Shown here piece after piece: positions 60,790 to 64,000 of a DNA stretch of 64,000 nt. The notes beneath the pieces are model-generated. The model was not told the DNA's origin and did not search any database. It was given only the letters and a program-made list of their open reading frames with translations. Numbering within the stretch: position 1 is the stretch's first letter; every line of letters begins with the position of its first letter. Made by a program: the position numbers and the translations under genes. The DNA comes from the human T2T-CHM13v2.0 reference genome, Homo sapiens: assembly GCF_009914755.1 (NCBI RefSeq), contig NC_060925.1; one strand, given 5' to 3'.

Positions 60790-61560
60790 TTCATTGAAAA
60801 AATATTCTAGTGTGTTTACTATGTGCAGCATACCTTAAGCATTGCAGATACAATATTGAATAGGCAAACATGGTTCCTGCCTTCATAGAGTCTACAGATT
60901 AGCAAATTCCAACAGAATGTAATTATTATTGTAATAGAAGTAAAGAGTGCTATGGAATATATAACTGGGCACTTACTCAATCTGAAGAGATTGGGGGATT
61001 CAGGGAAAGTTTCCTAGAGGAAACTGCATCTAACCAGGGTCCTGAAGAAGGAATAAGAAGTAGCCACTAATAAGGGGGTGGTAGTGTGAGAATGAAGAAT
61101 GTTCCATGCATAGGAAATAGCTTGAATCAAGATCCCGATGAGAGAAAGAACCATAGTCAGTATTCCTAGAGAATGGGATGTAAGGAATGCAGAGAACTGA
61201 AACCAGAGAAAAGAGAGAGGAGTCATCATACAGAGTCTTGCAAGTTATGTAAAGGCTTTTAAATTTTATCTGAGCTCAAGGGAACTGCTGAAAGCTTTTA
61301 GACAGAGAGGTGACATGATCAGATTTTCCTCTTAGAAAGATCCTTTTGGCTTCCTTATGGCCTCTGCATAGGAGGAGTAGTCTAGAGGCAGAGAAAACAG
61401 TTGCAGTATTCCAGGCAAAGGTTGCTGGAGATGCCAGTATAAAAATTAGAGAAATGGACAGGTGAAAGAAATTTCAGAGGCAGAATTGATAGAGCTAAGC
61501 CATTGACTGGATGTAGAACCAGTGAGGCTGAAGAAACCCAAAGATGACTGATCACCAATT
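60790..61560 (-). mobile_element. L2 fragment (similar pieces at ~3050-3600 and ~5200-5780)
   Basis: gaactgctgaaagcttttagacagagaggtgacatgatcagattt motif typical of antisense L2. Confidence 0.6.
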
Positions 61561-62439
61561 CATCTCTTCACTCACATCCTACCCACTGTCACCTTGTCGT
61601 AAACTTCCAGACTACCTTCACCTCTCTCTTCAATAACGTGAGTTATTTGTTCAAAGTCTGCCTTTTCTGTTAGAACATGAGCTCACTATAGCAGGGACAG
61701 TGGTTGTCTTTTCACTTCTAGATACAGTGATTAGCATAATGCCTGGTACATAGTAGGCATGCCCTTTTCTTTTCTTCTTTTTTGTTTGTTTTGAACGAAT
61801 AAATGATGTCAAGTTTTCTTGCTTGGTCAACTACTAGGTTATGCCCTCCACTGAGAAAGAGAACAACTGGAACAGGCACATGTAGTACTTTTATGACCAT
61901 TGAAGCAACAGCAACACAAACAAAAAACAGTAAAGCGATTTCTGTTTTTGGAAGAAAAGTAAAGAAGATTCTTCCTGTTGTTAAGGAACTCCAGATCTAC
62001 TGGGGAGAGAGTCAAACAGATAATCCCAATATACTGTGAAATGGGCCACAATAAGAGTAGGTCCGCAGTGCTGTGGAAGCATTCAGGAGAAGCCCTTGCC
62101 CAGGCATTAGGGCCAGATAGGTTTCTTTTAGTAGGTAATATCTGACTTAGATCCTTATGGGTGAGTTGGGATTAGTTAAGTGAGAGATGGGTGGGAATTA
62201 AAGAGAAGTGAAATTCTAGGCTAATGCTGCTACCCATGCAAAGTCCTGGAGGCAGCATGAGCCTGGTGAATTCAGAAATAGGAGGCTTTCTGTCATGGAT
62301 GGAGCAAGGGAGGGTCAATCGGGGTTCATGTTGGCTCTATCTTTTCCCTTATCCCCCTACTTCTGGTCAAGGCATTATTGTTGCAGCCATGGGCATTCAT
62401 GGTATCACTGTGGACTCTTGGTTTTTGGTTTTGTTTATT

Positions 62440-63042
<603 letters not shown>

Positions 63043-64000
63043 AACTCTTAGCTCTTGTGGCCAGAGCAGGTCGTAGTCATGCCTTCAAAATTGCCTTCAC
63101 TCCTAGAAAAAAATGGAGAAAGGATTATTTAAAATCTAGAGAAAAAGGTGAGCCCATAAGTCACTCTCTCTGAATTCCAGAAGCTCAGCAAATAATCTGA
63201 GTTGGACCAATTGTGAACAAATACCAAGTCCTGCTGATGTTGATTGGACCAAAGTGATGGAGAATCTAGTTTGGAGTCTGGTAATCCTTGGGAGGCCCCA
63301 GCATCACTGCAGCTCAACTGTCATTCCTGCCTTGCAGCTCATTTAACTGCCTCTGGCAGCACTGTTTCTGGCTGGGCCATCTATTTTTGGTGGCCAGGGA
63401 AGTTGTTATTTGTTTCATTTTGTTTTGATGTGGTTTACAGTGCTCTAGTGTGATGATGAAGCTAACATCTGGTTATTCCAGGATTGGGGGTGTTGTGGGT
63501 GTGTTTCTATGTTGGGGAAGGCAGCAGGAACATCATCTTAACTCCTTTTCTTTATCCACATGATGAGGCTGCCTAAGACGGGGTTTATTAATCAACCTGA
63601 TGCAATAGCTCTGTCATTAGTGCTCTTGTTATCAGGCAAGAAAAGGCTGTGTACAGGATGGGTATCAGTATGCTTCTGAGTGTTAGGGGAAAAAATGGAA
63701 TGGTATTGTTAATATTTTAGCATTTAAGAGACTCTGGAACTTCAGGAATTATGTTAAAATTTCAGAAACAGAGTTTTAGAAGGGTGACTTGTTTGTTGAT
63801 TGTACAATCCAAAAGAAAAAAGCAGGACTTTGTGGAATTCATAGTCAGTTTTCTGAAGCAGGTATCAGTAGTTGGCTTCTGAGACAAGGGCAGAAACACC
63901 ATGTTGGCATAAAAGAGTTGATGAGTGGAACACCAAGTTGGTTGGCTCTGGTTGACATTTTCCTTGGTAGAATATGGTGTGTGAAAATTATACATATTTT

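Noticed and set aside
63181-63280. Possible 100-nt cassette/poison exon (ttccag|AAGCTCAGCAAATAA ... CTG|gtaatc)
   Set aside because: Only moderate splice signals; such pairs are common by chance and nothing else in the sequence supports it.

Overview
Primate genomic DNA: AluY/AluYe and a young L1PA point to a human or other ape, but the species cannot be fixed from the sequence alone. The window holds the 5' end of PDE4DIP (myomegalin), or one of its segmental-duplication paralogues, on the + strand. A CpG-island promoter (~28.0-28.7 kb) and three coding exons (28591-28610, 46678-46733, 51867-52018) splice in frame to MEQTWTRDYFAEDDGEMVPRTSHTAAFLSDTKDRGPPVQSQIWRSGEKVPFVQTYSLRAFEKPPQVQTQAIRDFEK, which ends in the first part of the CM1/gamma-TuNA motif. 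A candidate alternative terminal exon starts at 53708. The rest is intronic or upstream DNA rich in repeats: a full-length, dead antisense L1PA with open ORF0 and a mutated YY1 site, ~24 Alus, an LTR-int-LTR MaLR carrying a tailless 5S rRNA retrocopy, an old HMGB1 processed pseudogene split by a purine microsatellite, MER/Tigger fossils and old L1M/L2/MIR pieces. I found no clear novel multi-gene system. The best leads are a possible in-frame L1 ORF0-PDE4DIP fusion, an intronic-polyadenylation isoform that cuts CM1 in half, GASE/UPRE motifs at the promoter, and a locally templated ~110-bp insertion. Family and subfamily names come from recalled consensus sequences, not from a database search.
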